This document shows positions 20,974 to 31,898 of a stretch of 64,000 nucleotides of DNA, one piece after another. A model generated the notes under the pieces. The model was given only the letters and a program-made list of their open reading frames with translations, had not been told where the DNA came from and searched no databases. This DNA comes from an uncultured Planctomycetia bacterium. GTDB taxonomy: Bacteria; Omnitrophota; Gorgyraeia; 2-02-FULL-51-18. Within the stretch, counting starts at the first letter, position 1; every line of letters begins with the position of its first letter. The stretch spans positions 319,620-383,619 of the forward strand of contig CAZSGP010000002.1 of assembly GCA_964606485.1 (NCBI GenBank), given 5' to 3'. A program made the position numbers and the translations under genes.

Positions 20974-22782
20974 TTAGGCCGCGCACTCGCCTTTACCCAT
21001 CTCCAGCTTGAATGGCTTTCCAGGGTCGCCCAAATCTTCGTACATCTTAGGATCTTTGTCGAAGGCGGGAATATCCACAAACGGCGCCACAATTTCTTTG
21101 AGCTTCGGCACGCCAACGCGCCCAGACCAGTCAAGGAACGATTCTGTGGCGCCTTTATCTTTTTTGAATGCCTGCAGAACTGCTTCCGCCGCTTCAGGGG
21201 TACGCTTGGCCGGAATCTGCGCAATGCGCTTTCCGAACACCGCCACACCGTCTTTAGCGGTGTAACCGCCGATCATAAATTGGTAGTGAGGAACCGCTTT
21301 GCCGTCCACGGTTTTAGACGCGCCGTGAAAACCCATATTGGCCACGTGATGCTGACCGCACGAATTCGTGCAACCGGAAATTTTAATCGAAATATCTTTC
21401 AGCACTGAATCACTGCCAAGTCCATGTCCGTTTTCGAAAAGCTTACCCATTTCAAACGCGAGACCCTTCGAATGCGTGATGGCGATCTGGCAGGTATCGG
21501 CACCCGGGCAACGCGTAATGTCGGTGATTTCTTCAGCACCTTTTGCGGCAAGGCCATTTTGAGAGAGTTGCGAATAAAGTGCTTTTAAAGAATCTTTCGG
21601 AATCCAACACAGCAAAATATTCTGCAAAATGGTCGTGCGCATGCGTCCATCGCAAAACTCGCGCGCAATTTTGGCAACGGCTCTGGCCTGTGCCGGAGTT
21701 AAGTCTCCGAGCGGACAGCGCACGTTCACCGCAAAAAAGCCTTTTTGTTTTTGTTCGAAAGTATTGCTCTTGGCCCATTCGTCGTAACCAGGCAACACGG
21801 CCGGGCTTTGAGTCGGGGCGGGCTTCGGAAGAACCGGAGCTTTTTCTTCTTCCAGGCGCAAATTCCAAAAACTTTCTTTTCCGGAACCCGTCATCATCAC
21901 CTGTTTGCGTTCAATTTGAAATTCAGCGCGGAAAGTTTCAATGCCCCACTTCGCGACTAAAAATTTAATGCGCGCGCGGTTCTTGTCTTTGCGCTCGCCG
22001 TTTCGGTCAAACAAACGGATCACCGCTTCGGCGCTTGGAAGCATCAATTCAACGGGGCAGAATTCTTCGAGCATTTGTGCCGGGTATGGCAAACTTCCCA
22101 GTCCCCCACCCACAAAAATGCGAAATCCTTTTACTTCCTTGCCGTTGATATTTTTTTTTATCGCGACAAATCCAAGATCGTGTAAGCCGACCTTGGCGTA
22201 GTCCTCTTCAAGACTCGCTTCAAACGCGATTTTAAATTTGCGCGGCATGTTTTGACATACCGGATTTCTTAAGAAATATTGCGAAATGAGATCTGCGTAG
22301 GGCGCCACGTCAAACGCTTCCTTCGGAGAAATACCGGTGTAGTGCGACGCGCTGACATTTCGAACCGTGTTTCCGCAACCTTCGCGGGTCGTGAGACCCA
22401 CGAGCGACAACTCGCGTAAAACGGTAGGAATGTCCGTACGTTTAATTTCGTGAATCTGTATGGCCTGGCGCGTCGTGATATGCGAAAGTTTATTGGGCGT
22501 ATATTTTTCAGCGATATCTGCCACGCGTTCGAGCTGCAACGAATTGATGTGACCATAGCGGATTTTAATGCGGATCATGTGACGGTCATCGGAATTGCGA
22601 ATGCCGTACACACCGTTTTCTAAACGAAATTTGCGAAAATCTTCGGGGTCAAGTTCGCCCTTGTTTAAACGGTTGATTTCTTCTTGAGCACGCTTCAGCT
22701 CGGCTTCAATAATGGGGGGTAGTTCAGTAAGCTGTTTTTCTTCTTGGATCCGCGGGACAAGCTCTAATTCTTTGATTGCCAT
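20974..22782 (-). CDS. Nitrite/sulfite reductase hemoprotein (ferredoxin-dependent sulfite reductase-like)
   Basis: Two NIR_SIR ferredoxin-like halves. Siroheme/4Fe-4S cysteine motifs CPGADTCQIA and SGCTNSCGQHHVANMGF. Start taken at MAIKELELVP. Confidence 0.8.
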   Translation of the reverse strand: MAIKELELVPRIQEEKQLTELPPIIEAELKRAQEEINRLNKGELDPEDFRKFRLENGVYGIRNSDDRHMIRIKIRYGHINSLQLERVADIAEKYTPNKLSHITTRQAIQIHEIKRTDIPTVLRELSLVGLTTREGCGNTVRNVSASHYTGISPKEAFDVAPYADLISQYFLRNPVCQNMPRKFKIAFEASLEEDYAKVGLHDLGFVAIKKNINGKEVKGFRIFVGGGLGSLPYPAQMLEEFCPVELMLPSAEAVIRLFDRNGERKDKNRARIKFLVAKWGIETFRAEFQIERKQVMMTGSGKESFWNLRLEEEKAPVLPKPAPTQSPAVLPGYDEWAKSNTFEQKQKGFFAVNVRCPLGDLTPAQARAVAKIAREFCDGRMRTTILQNILLCWIPKDSLKALYSQLSQNGLAAKGAEEITDITRCPGADTCQIAITHSKGLAFEMGKLFENGHGLGSDSVLKDISIKISGCTNSCGQHHVANMGFHGASKTVDGKAVPHYQFMIGGYTAKDGVAVFGKRIAQIPAKRTPEAAEAVLQAFKKDKGATESFLDWSGRVGVPKLKEIVAPFVDIPAFDKDPKMYEDLGDPGKPFKLEMGKGECAA

Positions 22783-22795
22783 GTTCATTCTTCCT

Positions 22796-23920
22796 TTATA
22801 TAGGTGGCGTATTATAGCCTTTTTTGACGAGCCTATCAATTGCGGCCTCAAACGTCTGAGGCACCGGCAATAGGCTCAAGACAAAATGCCCCTCCTCTTC
22901 AAAATCAAAGAAGTAACCTGGATAAATCAAAACCCCTTCATTTTCAAGGAGTTCCATGGCGTAGGTTTCGTCATTTTTGCAGGAGGCAATGTGAAAAACA
23001 GCGTACCATCCCCCTTCCGAATCCAACACTTGGATAGGAGAGTTCAGGGCTATTTTACGAAAGGTCTCAAAATTTTGCGCGCATCGCTGATTGATCTCCG
23101 AAAGAATCCGTTCTTTTTTGGACAGCCACTGGGGCAATGCGTTTTGAACGGGTGCGCTGACTGATAAATACGCGTCGGAAATAATTTCCAATTTTTGAAG
23201 CGCTTGCATTTTTGATTTTTCGGGGCCGCTCACGACAATCCAGGATAATTTCATTTGGGGTAATGCCAAAATCTTAGAAATCCCACTCAAGGTAAATGTT
23301 AGAACCTCTGCGTTTCCGGCGAGTGACAGCGGAGCTTCTTTGCGGCCCCAGTCATAATCTAAAAACACTTCGTCAGAAATCAAAGCACAGCGGCTTTGAA
23401 TACAAAAGGCATTCCATTTATTAATTTCATCAATTCTCAAAAAATGGCCTGTGGGGTTATTGGGATTGACGAGAATCACGGCTCGAGGAATTTCCGTGTC
23501 TGATAATTTCACATCGTTTAATTCTGCAAGCTGATCCAAGAGCGGATAGCCTGGCTTTGGCGTGCGCACCGCATCTCCCGGATCGCACAAGAGTCGGAAT
23601 AAAAAAGAATAGGCTTCGCTGGTCCCCGCCGTCAGAAAAATCTGATTGGGTTCGACCCTAATATTTTTTTCCGCGTAATAACGGCAAATCGCCTCGCGCG
23701 TCATTTCCAGTCCGCGCGGATTGGGTTCGTATTTTAAATTTTCGACAGCCGTTAAACCTTCCAGCTGATTTTCGGAATAGAATTTAAATCCACAGCGCGT
23801 GGGATTGGATTCGGTGAGATCCAGGAAGTTTTTTTCGTGTTTTTTTTGTTCGATCAAATTAGAGAGCGGGTTCGAATCCCCCGACCAATCCGTTCGTTTT
23901 GAAAAATTCGTCATAGACAA
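22796..23920 (-). CDS. Class I/II PLP-dependent aminotransferase
   Basis: 374 aa. Aminotransferase fold with an SGISKILALPQMKLSW lysine region. Confidence 0.75.
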   Translation of the reverse strand: MSMTNFSKRTDWSGDSNPLSNLIEQKKHEKNFLDLTESNPTRCGFKFYSENQLEGLTAVENLKYEPNPRGLEMTREAICRYYAEKNIRVEPNQIFLTAGTSEAYSFLFRLLCDPGDAVRTPKPGYPLLDQLAELNDVKLSDTEIPRAVILVNPNNPTGHFLRIDEINKWNAFCIQSRCALISDEVFLDYDWGRKEAPLSLAGNAEVLTFTLSGISKILALPQMKLSWIVVSGPEKSKMQALQKLEIISDAYLSVSAPVQNALPQWLSKKERILSEINQRCAQNFETFRKIALNSPIQVLDSEGGWYAVFHIASCKNDETYAMELLENEGVLIYPGYFFDFEEEGHFVLSLLPVPQTFEAAIDRLVKKGYNTPPI

Positions 23921-23996
23921 ATGATTCTAGCATGCGTGCTGTGGGATTTTATAGGGTTATGAGAGGTTTTTGGGCTGTGATACCATATTTTCCACC

Positions 23997-26900
23997 ATGA
24001 GCACTTCCCTAGAAAAAGAACTTCAAAAAAGAATCCTCATCATCGACGGCGCCATGGGCACGATGATTCAAGGCTACAAGCCCGACGAAGCCGCCTATCG
24101 AGGAGAAAAATTTAAAAATCACCCCTCTTCTCTCAAGGGCTGCAACGATCTTTTGTCGCTGACCCAACCGCAAATGATCGAAGAAATTCACAAAGCCTAT
24201 TTGGAAGCGGGCGCCGATATTTTAGAGACCAATACGTTCAGTTCCAACAGTGTCGCCATGGCGGACTACGCTCTCGGGGAATACGTCTATGAGCTAAATC
24301 TCAAATCCGCGCAAATCGCCAAAAAAATTGCAGCAGAATTCACACAAAAAAATCCGTCGAAGCCGCGATTTGTAGCGGGGTCTTTAGGTCCCACCAATCG
24401 CACCGCGTCGATGTCACCCAATGTAAACGACCCAGGCTTTCGCGCCGTTACTTTTGACGATCTCGTCGCTTCTTTTTCCGAGCAGATCCGCGGACTTCTG
24501 GATGGCGGAGTGGATCTTATTTTAATCGAAACGGTAATCGACACGCTAAATTGCAAAGCCGCTCTTTTTGCGGCTGAAGAATTGTTTAAAAGAAATGGAA
24601 AACGCATTCCGGTCATTGTTTCGGGAACCATCACCGATGCGAGTGGCCGCATTTTGTCGGGTCAAACCGTCGAAGCATTTTGGAACTCCATCCGCCACGC
24701 AAACTTGCTAGCCGTCGGCTTAAACTGCGCGCTCGGAGCGAAAGAACTTCGCCCCTATCTCGAGGAGCTGTCGAATATCGCCGACACAAACGTCATTGCT
24801 TACCCGAACGCCGGCCTGCCGAATCAATTTGGCGAATACGATCAGACGGCCGACATGATGGGAAATTTCATCAAGGATTTTGCCGAGAGTGGTTTTTTAA
24901 ATATTGTCGGCGGCTGCTGCGGCACGACCCCGGCGCACATCCAAAAAATTGCGGAGACCGCTAAAAATTTTAAACCGCGTGTCATCCCAACACCCGAACG
25001 TCTCACGCGGCTAAGCGGACTCGAAGCGTTTACAATTCGCAAAGATTTGAACTTCGTAAACGTTGGGGAACGCACCAATGTCACCGGCTCCCCCAAATTT
25101 TCAAAACTCATTCTAGCCGGCGATTACGAAGGCGCTTTAGCAATTGCCAAACAGCAAGTCGACGCCGGCGCGCAAATCATCGACATTAATTTTGACGAAG
25201 GCATGCTCGATTCGGAAGCCGCCATGACCAAATTTTTAAATCTCATCGCCTCCGAGCCAAATATCGCCAAAGTTCCGGTGATGATCGATTCCTCAAAGTG
25301 GTCCGTCATCGAAGCGGGCTTAAAATGTGCGCAAGGAAAAGGCATTGTGAACTCCATCAGCTTAAAAGAGGGTGAAGCCGCCTTTGTGGAGCGCGCCAAA
25401 AAAATCCGCCAGTACGGCTTTGCCACCGTCGTCATGGCCTTCGATGAAAAAGGCCAAGCCGACACCGCCGAGAGAAAGTACGAAATCTGCTCGCGTTCGT
25501 ACAAACTTCTGACCGAAAAAGCAAATTTTCCTGCAGAAGATATTATTTTTGACCCGAATATTCTCACCGTCGCCACCGGCATGGACGAGCACAACAATTA
25601 CGGCGTTGAATTCATTGAAGCCACGCGAAAAATCAAAGCGACTCTCCCCCACTGCCACGTTTCAGGGGGTGTGAGCAATTTATCGTTCTCGTTTCGCGGG
25701 GTAAACCCGGTGCGCGAAGCCATGCACTCGGCGTTTTTATTCCACGCCATGAAGGCTGGTATGGACATGGGCATTGTGAATGCGGGTCTCGTCACAATTT
25801 ATGACGAAATCCCCAAAGACTTGCTCGAGCACGTTGAAGACGTGATTTTAAACCGTCGCCCCGACGCCACCGAGCGGCTTTTAAAATTATCCGAAAATTT
25901 CCGCGGCGAAAAACAGGCCACCGTTAAAAATGAAGCCTGGCGCGGCGGCTCTGTCGAAGAGCGCCTTTCTCATTCGCTGGTTCAGGGCATCACGGATTAC
26001 ATCGACCAAGACACCGAGGAAGCGCTTCAAAAATACAAAAGACCCCTACTTGTCATCGAAGGTCCTCTTATGGCGGGAATGAGTGTCGTAGGAGATTTAT
26101 TCGGCGCCGGAAAAATGTTTTTACCCCAAGTGGTTAAAAGCGCCCGTGTCATGAAAAAGTCTGTGGCTTACTTAACGCCGTATCTCGAAAAAGAAAAAGC
26201 CGCGAGCGGCCGTCAAGCGGCTGGGAAAATTTTACTCGCCACCGTCAAAGGGGACGTGCATGACATTGGTAAAAATATTGTCGGGGTCGTGCTGGCCTGC
26301 AACAATTACGAAATCGTAGATCTTGGCGTGATGGTTTCTTGTGAGAAAATTCTTCAAACCGCCATTGAGCAAAAATGCGACATTATTGGTTTAAGCGGTC
26401 TCATCACACCGTCACTCGACGAAATGGTACACGTGGCGCGTGAAATGAAGCGCCAAAATCTTGAAGTTCCGCTTTTAATCGGAGGTGCGACCACGTCGCC
26501 CGCCCACACTGCGGTAAAAATTGAGCCTCAGTATGACAACGCTGTGGTTCATGTGCACGACGCCTCGCGTTGTGTCACCGTTGTGAGTAGTCTTTTAAAT
26601 TCAACGCTCAAAAACCCATTTGTTCAGACCAAGAAAGCGGAGTACGAAAAAATCCGCACCGAACAAAAAAACCGCACGCCGCTCGTTCGGTATTTCACGC
26701 TTCAAGAAGCGCGCAAAAACCGCTTCACCTGTGATTGGACAAAATCCCCCATCGCAACGCCCCGCGTGTCGGGACTCACCGCATTTGATGATTTTCCGCT
26801 CGACAAAATTGCGGAAAAAATAGACTGGTCACCCTTTTTCCATACCTGGGAAATCCGCGGCCGCTACCCCCAAATTTTTGAAGACAAAGTCGTTGGTGAG

Positions 26901-27668
26901 ACGGCTAAAAAACTTTACGACGACGCGCAGACTCTCCTACAGAAAATAATTAAGGAAAAATTGCTCACCGCCAAGGGTGTGATTGGTCTTTTTCCGGCAA
27001 GTTCCGTGGGGGACGACATTGAAATTTATAATGAGAGCGGAAAAAAGGTCGTAGCAACCCTTCACACCCTGCGCCAACAGATTCACAAAGAAAAGGGCGA
27101 TCCGAGTTTTGCTTTAGCTGATTTTGTAGCGCCCAAAGAGTCTGGGCGACAAGACGCGATCGGCGCATTCGCGGTGACGACCGGCATTCGCATTGAAGCC
27201 CTGCTTCGCAATTTCGAAAAAAATCACGATGATTATAATTCGATCTTGGTCAAAGCCATCGCGGATCGCTTGGCAGAAGCATTCGCCGAAACCATGCACT
27301 TACAAGTGCGTAAAGATTATTGGGGCTATGCGAAAGACGAAAATTTATCCAATGAGGACTTAGTCGGTGAGCGCTACCGCGGTATCCGTCCGGCACCGGG
27401 CTACCCCGCCTGTCCCGATCACACTGAAAAACAAACGCTGTTTGAGCTCTTGCATGCTGAGCGCTTCACTAAAATTAAACTGACTGAGTCCTTTGCCATG
27501 TATCCCGCCTCATCGGTGAGCGGACTTTATTTTGCGCACCCAGAGGCCAAGTACTTTGCTGTCGGAAAAATTGCGAAAGACCAGGTCGAAGACTACGCCC
27601 GCCGCAAAGGCATGGACGTAAAAACCATTGAAAAGTGGCTCGCACCAAACCTTAATTACGAAATCTAG
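23997..27668 (+). CDS. metH: Cobalamin-dependent methionine synthase
   Basis: About 1224 aa. Contains a Hcy-binding domain, a pterin-binding domain, B12-binding motifs DVHDIGKN and GLSGL, and a C-terminal AdoMet reactivation domain. Start at ATG 23997 ([10 protein letters not shown]). Confidence 0.95.
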   Translation: MSTSLEKELQKRILIIDGAMGTMIQGYKPDEAAYRGEKFKNHPSSLKGCNDLLSLTQPQMIEEIHKAYLEAGADILETNTFSSNSVAMADYALGEYVYELNLKSAQIAKKIAAEFTQKNPSKPRFVAGSLGPTNRTASMSPNVNDPGFRAVTFDDLVASFSEQIRGLLDGGVDLILIETVIDTLNCKAALFAAEELFKRNGKRIPVIVSGTITDASGRILSGQTVEAFWNSIRHANLLAVGLNCALGAKELRPYLEELSNIADTNVIAYPNAGLPNQFGEYDQTADMMGNFIKDFAESGFLNIVGGCCGTTPAHIQKIAETAKNFKPRVIPTPERLTRLSGLEAFTIRKDLNFVNVGERTNVTGSPKFSKLILAGDYEGALAIAKQQVDAGAQIIDINFDEGMLDSEAAMTKFLNLIASEPNIAKVPVMIDSSKWSVIEAGLKCAQGKGIVNSISLKEGEAAFVERAKKIRQYGFATVVMAFDEKGQADTAERKYEICSRSYKLLTEKANFPAEDIIFDPNILTVATGMDEHNNYGVEFIEATRKIKATLPHCHVSGGVSNLSFSFRGVNPVREAMHSAFLFHAMKAGMDMGIVNAGLVTIYDEIPKDLLEHVEDVILNRRPDATERLLKLSENFRGEKQATVKNEAWRGGSVEERLSHSLVQGITDYIDQDTEEALQKYKRPLLVIEGPLMAGMSVVGDLFGAGKMFLPQVVKSARVMKKSVAYLTPYLEKEKAASGRQAAGKILLATVKGDVHDIGKNIVGVVLACNNYEIVDLGVMVSCEKILQTAIEQKCDIIGLSGLITPSLDEMVHVAREMKRQNLEVPLLIGGATTSPAHTAVKIEPQYDNAVVHVHDASRCVTVVSSLLNSTLKNPFVQTKKAEYEKIRTEQKNRTPLVRYFTLQEARKNRFTCDWTKSPIATPRVSGLTAFDDFPLDKIAEKIDWSPFFHTWEIRGRYPQIFEDKVVGETAKKLYDDAQTLLQKIIKEKLLTAKGVIGLFPASSVGDDIEIYNESGKKVVATLHTLRQQIHKEKGDPSFALADFVAPKESGRQDAIGAFAVTTGIRIEALLRNFEKNHDDYNSILVKAIADRLAEAFAETMHLQVRKDYWGYAKDENLSNEDLVGERYRGIRPAPGYPACPDHTEKQTLFELLHAERFTKIKLTESFAMYPASSVSGLYFAHPEAKYFAVGKIAKDQVEDYARRKGMDVKTIEKWLAPNLNYEI

Positions 27669-29344
27669 ATATTCTTTAAAGCGCGGTAGGTCTGCATGCC
27701 GCCCGAGAGATTCCGTGCATCTAAATTATTTTCGCGGAGCGCTCGAACCGCATAGTATGCGCGCTGCCCCACGCCGCACGTGACGTAAATAGGCCTATCC
27801 TTAGGAAGCTCTTTCAATCTGGATCGAAGCTCATTCAAGGGAATATTCACAGCCTCGTGGACGGAGAACTCTTTAAACTCCTCACGATTTCTGACATCTA
27901 AAATAAAATCATTTTTAGGATCAATCTTATCCCAGTGAGCGAGCGGCGCGTCTCCCCGAAGCGCGTTTGCGGCAATCATGCCGGCTACATTCACAGGATC
28001 TTTGGCGGCACCAAATTGAGGCGCATAACACAGCTCGGCCTCCTCTAAATCATAAACCGTTGCTTTCATTTGAATGGCCATGGCGATCACATCAATTCGC
28101 TTTTCAACGCCGTCTTCTCCGACGGCCTGCGCGCCCAACACTCGCCCGCTGTCCGGTGAGAATAGAAGTTTCAGATCAATCGGCTTCGCATCCGGAAAAT
28201 ACCCCGCGTGATGCCCCGGGTGCAAATATACTTTTTCGTAGGGTATATTCAATCGCTTTAATGTTTTTTCGCTCTCCCCTGTCATCGCTGCCACGCGATC
28301 AAACGCTTTGCAAACCGCCGTGGCCTGCACACCGCGAAACACCGATTTCCGGCCAAAAATATTATCCGCTGCAATGCGTCCTTGCCGATTCGCCGGACCC
28401 GCCAGTGGAATGCTCATCCAGTCCTGGGTAATAAAATCTTTCTTTTCAACCGCGTCTCCGACAGCCCAGATCGCCGGGTCCGATGTTTTCATCGTGTTGT
28501 CGACGCGAATTCCCCCGCGCGCACCAATTTCAAGCCCTGCTTCCTGCGCGAGTTTCGTTTCAGGCTTCACACCAATTGATAAAATCACAAGATCCGTCTC
28601 AAGACGCAGCCCGCCCTTGGATAAAACGGTTATTTTTCCGAGAGGCGCTTGTTCAAAACCCGTTAAAGCGTCGCCAAGATAGAGCGACACACCTTTTTTT
28701 CTCAAATCCTCGTGAACTCCCGCGACCATCTCCGCGTCAAAAGGCGGCAGCACCTGTGTTTGCATTTCTAAAATGGAAACTTTCATCCCGCAGCAATGCA
28801 CCAAGTTTTCAGCCATCTCAAGACCAATAAATCCCCCGCCGATCACCACGACGTTTTTGGCATTTTTAGAAAGAATCCATTCTCTGATTTTGCGGCTATC
28901 CGGAATTGTGCGAAGCGCAAAGATACCTGGCAAATCAATCCCGGGAAGCGGTGGCCGAATGGGCCCAGCGCCCGGCGACAGCACCAGCGCATCGTAACTT
29001 TCGGAATACACGCGGCCGGATCCAAGCTCTTTGATCTGCAGGACTTTTTTTACGCGGTCAATCGACAAAACTTCATTTTCAGTGCGAACCTGGATATTAA
29101 ACCGCTCCTTAAAAAGCTCGGGAGTCGCGACAATCAACTTTCCCTCATCTTTAATCACGTCCCCCACAAAATAAGGCAAACCGCAGTTTGCAAAAGAGAC
29201 GTATTTTCCACGGTCGATCAAAATAATTTCAGCTTTCTCCGACAACCGACGCGCACGCGCGGCACTGGATGCGCCGCCCGCAACCCCACCCACAATAACG
29301 AGCTTCATGACGCGCAGCATCCTTTTGAATTTTTTTGATTCCAC
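27665..29344 (-). CDS. CoA-disulfide reductase-family FAD/NAD(P) oxidoreductase with a C-terminal rhodanese domain (CoADR-RHD)
   Basis: FAD motif [20 protein letters not shown] with active-site Cys ([10 protein letters not shown]), a second NAD(P) Rossmann motif, and a C-terminal rhodanese with Cys ([11 protein letters not shown]). The true start may be the internal MKLVIVGG. Confidence 0.8.
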   Translation of the reverse strand: MESKKFKRMLRVMKLVIVGGVAGGASSAARARRLSEKAEIILIDRGKYVSFANCGLPYFVGDVIKDEGKLIVATPELFKERFNIQVRTENEVLSIDRVKKVLQIKELGSGRVYSESYDALVLSPGAGPIRPPLPGIDLPGIFALRTIPDSRKIREWILSKNAKNVVVIGGGFIGLEMAENLVHCCGMKVSILEMQTQVLPPFDAEMVAGVHEDLRKKGVSLYLGDALTGFEQAPLGKITVLSKGGLRLETDLVILSIGVKPETKLAQEAGLEIGARGGIRVDNTMKTSDPAIWAVGDAVEKKDFITQDWMSIPLAGPANRQGRIAADNIFGRKSVFRGVQATAVCKAFDRVAAMTGESEKTLKRLNIPYEKVYLHPGHHAGYFPDAKPIDLKLLFSPDSGRVLGAQAVGEDGVEKRIDVIAMAIQMKATVYDLEEAELCYAPQFGAAKDPVNVAGMIAANALRGDAPLAHWDKIDPKNDFILDVRNREEFKEFSVHEAVNIPLNELRSRLKELPKDRPIYVTCGVGQRAYYAVRALRENNLDARNLSGGMQTYRALKNI

Positions 29345-29847
29345 GGCATTTTAGCTAAGATGAGTCCCATCGTGCAGGTATCCGTCACAGCCGAAAACAT
29401 CAGGCCGCAGGCGACAAAAACCGAAAGTCCCACCCAATAAATATTCACCCAGTGGGCTAGCATTAACCCCAATAGCACGAGAAACCCAGCCGCGAAGCGC
29501 ACCTGGCGCTCAAGGCCCCAGACACGGGAGACTCCCTTTGTGGTCGATTTTCCAGCCGCGGACCAAGCGGCCAAGCCGCCCTCTAAAACGCGCACCTCTT
29601 GAAAACCGGCTTGCATTAATTTTTGAGCGGCTTGCCCCGCGCGATTGCCGCTTCGGCACAGCACATACACCGGTTTATTTTTATCCAAACCGGATTTGGG
29701 TAGTTCTGCGTCAAATCGAGACAGCGGAATCAGCTTCGCTGCACTTAGGTGCTCCGCCTCATGCTCGGCCGGCTCACGCACATCAATAATCTGACAGTGA
29801 GCGTTATTTAAAGCATTCTCAATATCCAACACGCTGCATTTTTTCAT
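29305..29847 (-). CDS. Rhodanese-domain protein with a C-terminal YgaP-like (DUF2892) transmembrane region
   Basis: 180 aa. Rhodanese active site VYVLCRSGNRAG followed by a hydrophobic C-terminal segment. Confidence 0.75.
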   Translation of the reverse strand: MKKCSVLDIENALNNAHCQIIDVREPAEHEAEHLSAAKLIPLSRFDAELPKSGLDKNKPVYVLCRSGNRAGQAAQKLMQAGFQEVRVLEGGLAAWSAAGKSTTKGVSRVWGLERQVRFAAGFLVLLGLMLAHWVNIYWVGLSVFVACGLMFSAVTDTCTMGLILAKMPWNQKNSKGCCAS

Positions 29848-29848
29848 C

Positions 29849-30142
29849 TCATTTTCCTCCGTGACTGCGAATACAATCGAGAACCCTTAAAACATTGGGG
29901 TAAATAACCGTGTAATAACGAAAATTTTTGTCGGCACTACTTTCAACAATGCCGCATTGTTTGAGCGAAGCCAAATGCTTGGATACCGCGACCTGGCTTA
30001 AACCCAATTTCTTGACGAGCTGCCCCACCGATAATTTTTGATGCTCCAAGCTTTCTACGATTCTCAGCCGGTCCGGGTGAGAGATGCAGCGCAACACTTT
30101 TGCCGCCTGCTTCACCCTTGTTAAAGTCAATCGCTCCTTCAT
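29849..30142 (-). CDS. ArsR/SmtB-family transcriptional regulator (candidate BigR/SqrR-like persulfide sensor)
   Basis: 97 aa. wHTH with HPDRLRIVESL, SVGQLVKKLGLSQVAVSKHLASL. Cys residues sit in the alpha2 region (LRCISHP) and the C-terminal helix (VLDCIR). Confidence 0.8.
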   Translation of the reverse strand: MKERLTLTRVKQAAKVLRCISHPDRLRIVESLEHQKLSVGQLVKKLGLSQVAVSKHLASLKQCGIVESSADKNFRYYTVIYPNVLRVLDCIRSHGGK

Positions 30143-30147
30143 GAATT

Positions 30148-30185
30148 CTCCTATATACTATATTTGGAATATACTACTTTTGGAA
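30148..30185. promoter_or_regulatory. Candidate ArsR operator and divergent promoter region
   Basis: AT-rich repeats ATATACTATAT..GGAATATACTAC lie between the divergent ArsR gene and the FNR-like gene. Confidence 0.35.
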
Positions 30186-30271
30186 CTTATTGTCAACCCC
30201 ATTCAAAGGCTTGGCGTATTGAAGCGCTCCGGGTTTCTGTTATACTATTTTGCAATCAAGGAGAACTTATG

Positions 30272-30994
30272 GCAGAGAAAGCTCGGTTTTACGACGCCAA
30301 GATGGTGAAGATTTTTAATTTGAGCGAAACGGTGAAGCATTTCGTGCTTCAATACCCCGATGGCGCCGACACAAGTTTCATTGCCGGGCAGTTCATGCAG
30401 GTTCACCTTGAAAAAGAAGGCAAGCCGCACAAAAAATCTTATTCCATCGCCTCTTCCCCCTCTCTGGCCAAAGCTAAAAATCAAATCGAGCTGTGCATCA
30501 AAAAAGTAGAAGGCGGCTACGTCTCCACCTGGTTCTTCGGCCTCAAAGAAGGAGATGTGATTAAAACAGCGCTCCCCTACGGCGTGTTCACGATCAAGGA
30601 GCCTTTGCAAAAGCACATGGTTTTTGTGGGAACTGGCACCGGCGTTGCCCCTTTGCGCGGCATGATTCAGAATCTTTACGAAAAAAATTACACGGGTGAA
30701 ATCACACTCGTCTTTGGAAATCGGTACGACACAGACATTCTTTATCTAGATGAATGGAAAAAGCTGGAAGCCCAGCATAAGAACTTTCATTTTATCCCGA
30801 CGGTGAGCCGCTCCCCTCATTGGACCGGCGAGAAAGCCTACGTACAAGACATTATCAAAGGGAAGTTCTCGGGAAATGTGGAAGGGCTTGATTTTTACGG
30901 CTGCGGGCTCGTTCCAATGTGCCAGCAATTAAAAGCAACGCTAATCGAGATGGGCGTGGCTAAAGAACAAATTCACTTCGAGCAGTTTACTTAA
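30272..30994 (+). CDS. Ferredoxin-NADP reductase-type FAD/NAD(P)-binding oxidoreductase
   Basis: Start taken at MAEKARFYD. FAD-binding RxYS motif (KKSYSIASSP) and NAD(P) motif MVFVGTGTGVAPLRG. Confidence 0.75.
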   Translation, partial: AEKARFYDAKMVKIFNLSETVKHFVLQYPDGADTSFIAGQFMQVHLEKEGKPHKKSYSIASSPSLAKAKNQIELCIKKVEGGYVSTWFFGLKEGDVIKTALPYGVFTIKEPLQKHMVFVGTGTGVAPLRGMIQNLYEKNYTGEITLVFGNRYDTDILYLDEWKKLEAQHKNFHFIPTVSRSPHWTGEKAYVQDIIKGKFSGNVEGLDFYGCGLVPMCQQLKATLIEMGVAKEQIHFEQFT

Positions 30995-30999
30995 AATAT

Positions 31000-31542
31000 T
31001 TAGCTTAACCCAAACCCTTTTTTCTTGTAGTCGTCCATGAGGCGACGAATGTCACCTTCGGCGGAACGCGCAATCTGGCCACCCACAAAGAGCAGCACAC
31101 TAAACTGCCACACGTCTTCGGGGCCTGTCAGTAAACCGGAGTGAACGTCTTCCTCGCGCTGAAATTTTTCCATATAACTTTTGATCGCGCTAGAAACCTT
31201 TCCCTCGTGGACATCAATTCCTGAGGTCTGGTTATTGTACTTGAATGACGGGAAGCTCACGCCGCGCACGAGAAAAAAAGTATTCAAAAAATCCTGCTTA
31301 AAGTCGGACTCCCCTTCAAACTCAAACCCTTCAAACTGCGGCAAATTAAATGGGAGGATAATAGAGGGCTTCTCAACAATCACTTCCCCCTTTCGAACCA
31401 CGGTATCTCCGGAGTTGACCGAAGAGGCCGCTAAAAATACATAGGGAATCCGTGTCGATTCATACGAATGAAGCGGCTGAACGCGCGGACGCACGATATC
31501 GGTCTTCTTTAATGCTTTTTCCCAGGCGTCTTGGATGGTCAT
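31000..31542 (-). CDS. Hypothetical protein
   Basis: 180 aa ORF with no recognisable motifs. It is translationally adjacent to the DUF309 gene. Confidence 0.4.
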   Translation of the reverse strand: MTIQDAWEKALKKTDIVRPRVQPLHSYESTRIPYVFLAASSVNSGDTVVRKGEVIVEKPSIILPFNLPQFEGFEFEGESDFKQDFLNTFFLVRGVSFPSFKYNNQTSGIDVHEGKVSSAIKSYMEKFQREEDVHSGLLTGPEDVWQFSVLLFVGGQIARSAEGDIRRLMDDYKKKGFGLS

Positions 31543-31842
31543 TTATAAATCCTTTAAAAGTTTTTCCATGCGTTTCACCAGAGCGCTCACATCTAAACCC
31601 AGCGCCGCTGGCTCGTATTTCTGAAGATAAGCGATAGAGCTCTTTGCTAAACCTTTGGCCCCGCTAAAAATCTTGCGATCAAACTGATACACCGCAGCGG
31701 CAGCCTGAATCACACCCTGATAAAGCTCTCGGTTTGGGTCAGACTTTGGCGTTTCAAGCCACAGGCCTTCGATCACCTCGTGACACTCAAAATACTCTTT
31801 TTGTTCTAGAAGCCGAAGGCCTTCGACCCAACGTTTATCCAC
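31543..31842 (-). CDS. DUF309-domain protein
   Basis: 99 aa with FECHEVIEGLWL, matching the DUF309 consensus (F..Y.EAHEvlE.lW). Confidence 0.5.
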   Translation of the reverse strand: MDKRWVEGLRLLEQKEYFECHEVIEGLWLETPKSDPNRELYQGVIQAAAAVYQFDRKIFSGAKGLAKSSIAYLQKYEPAALGLDVSALVKRMEKLLKDL

Positions 31843-31898
31843 TGGAAACTTAGTCTATTCACATCCATTTTAAAGTCAAGAAATTTGCTTTAAAAATC

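Noticed and set aside
23921-23996. Possible cobalamin riboswitch upstream of metH
   Set aside because: The region is only 76 bp with no B12-box-like conserved core. MetH is the B12-dependent enzyme and is not usually riboswitch-controlled.
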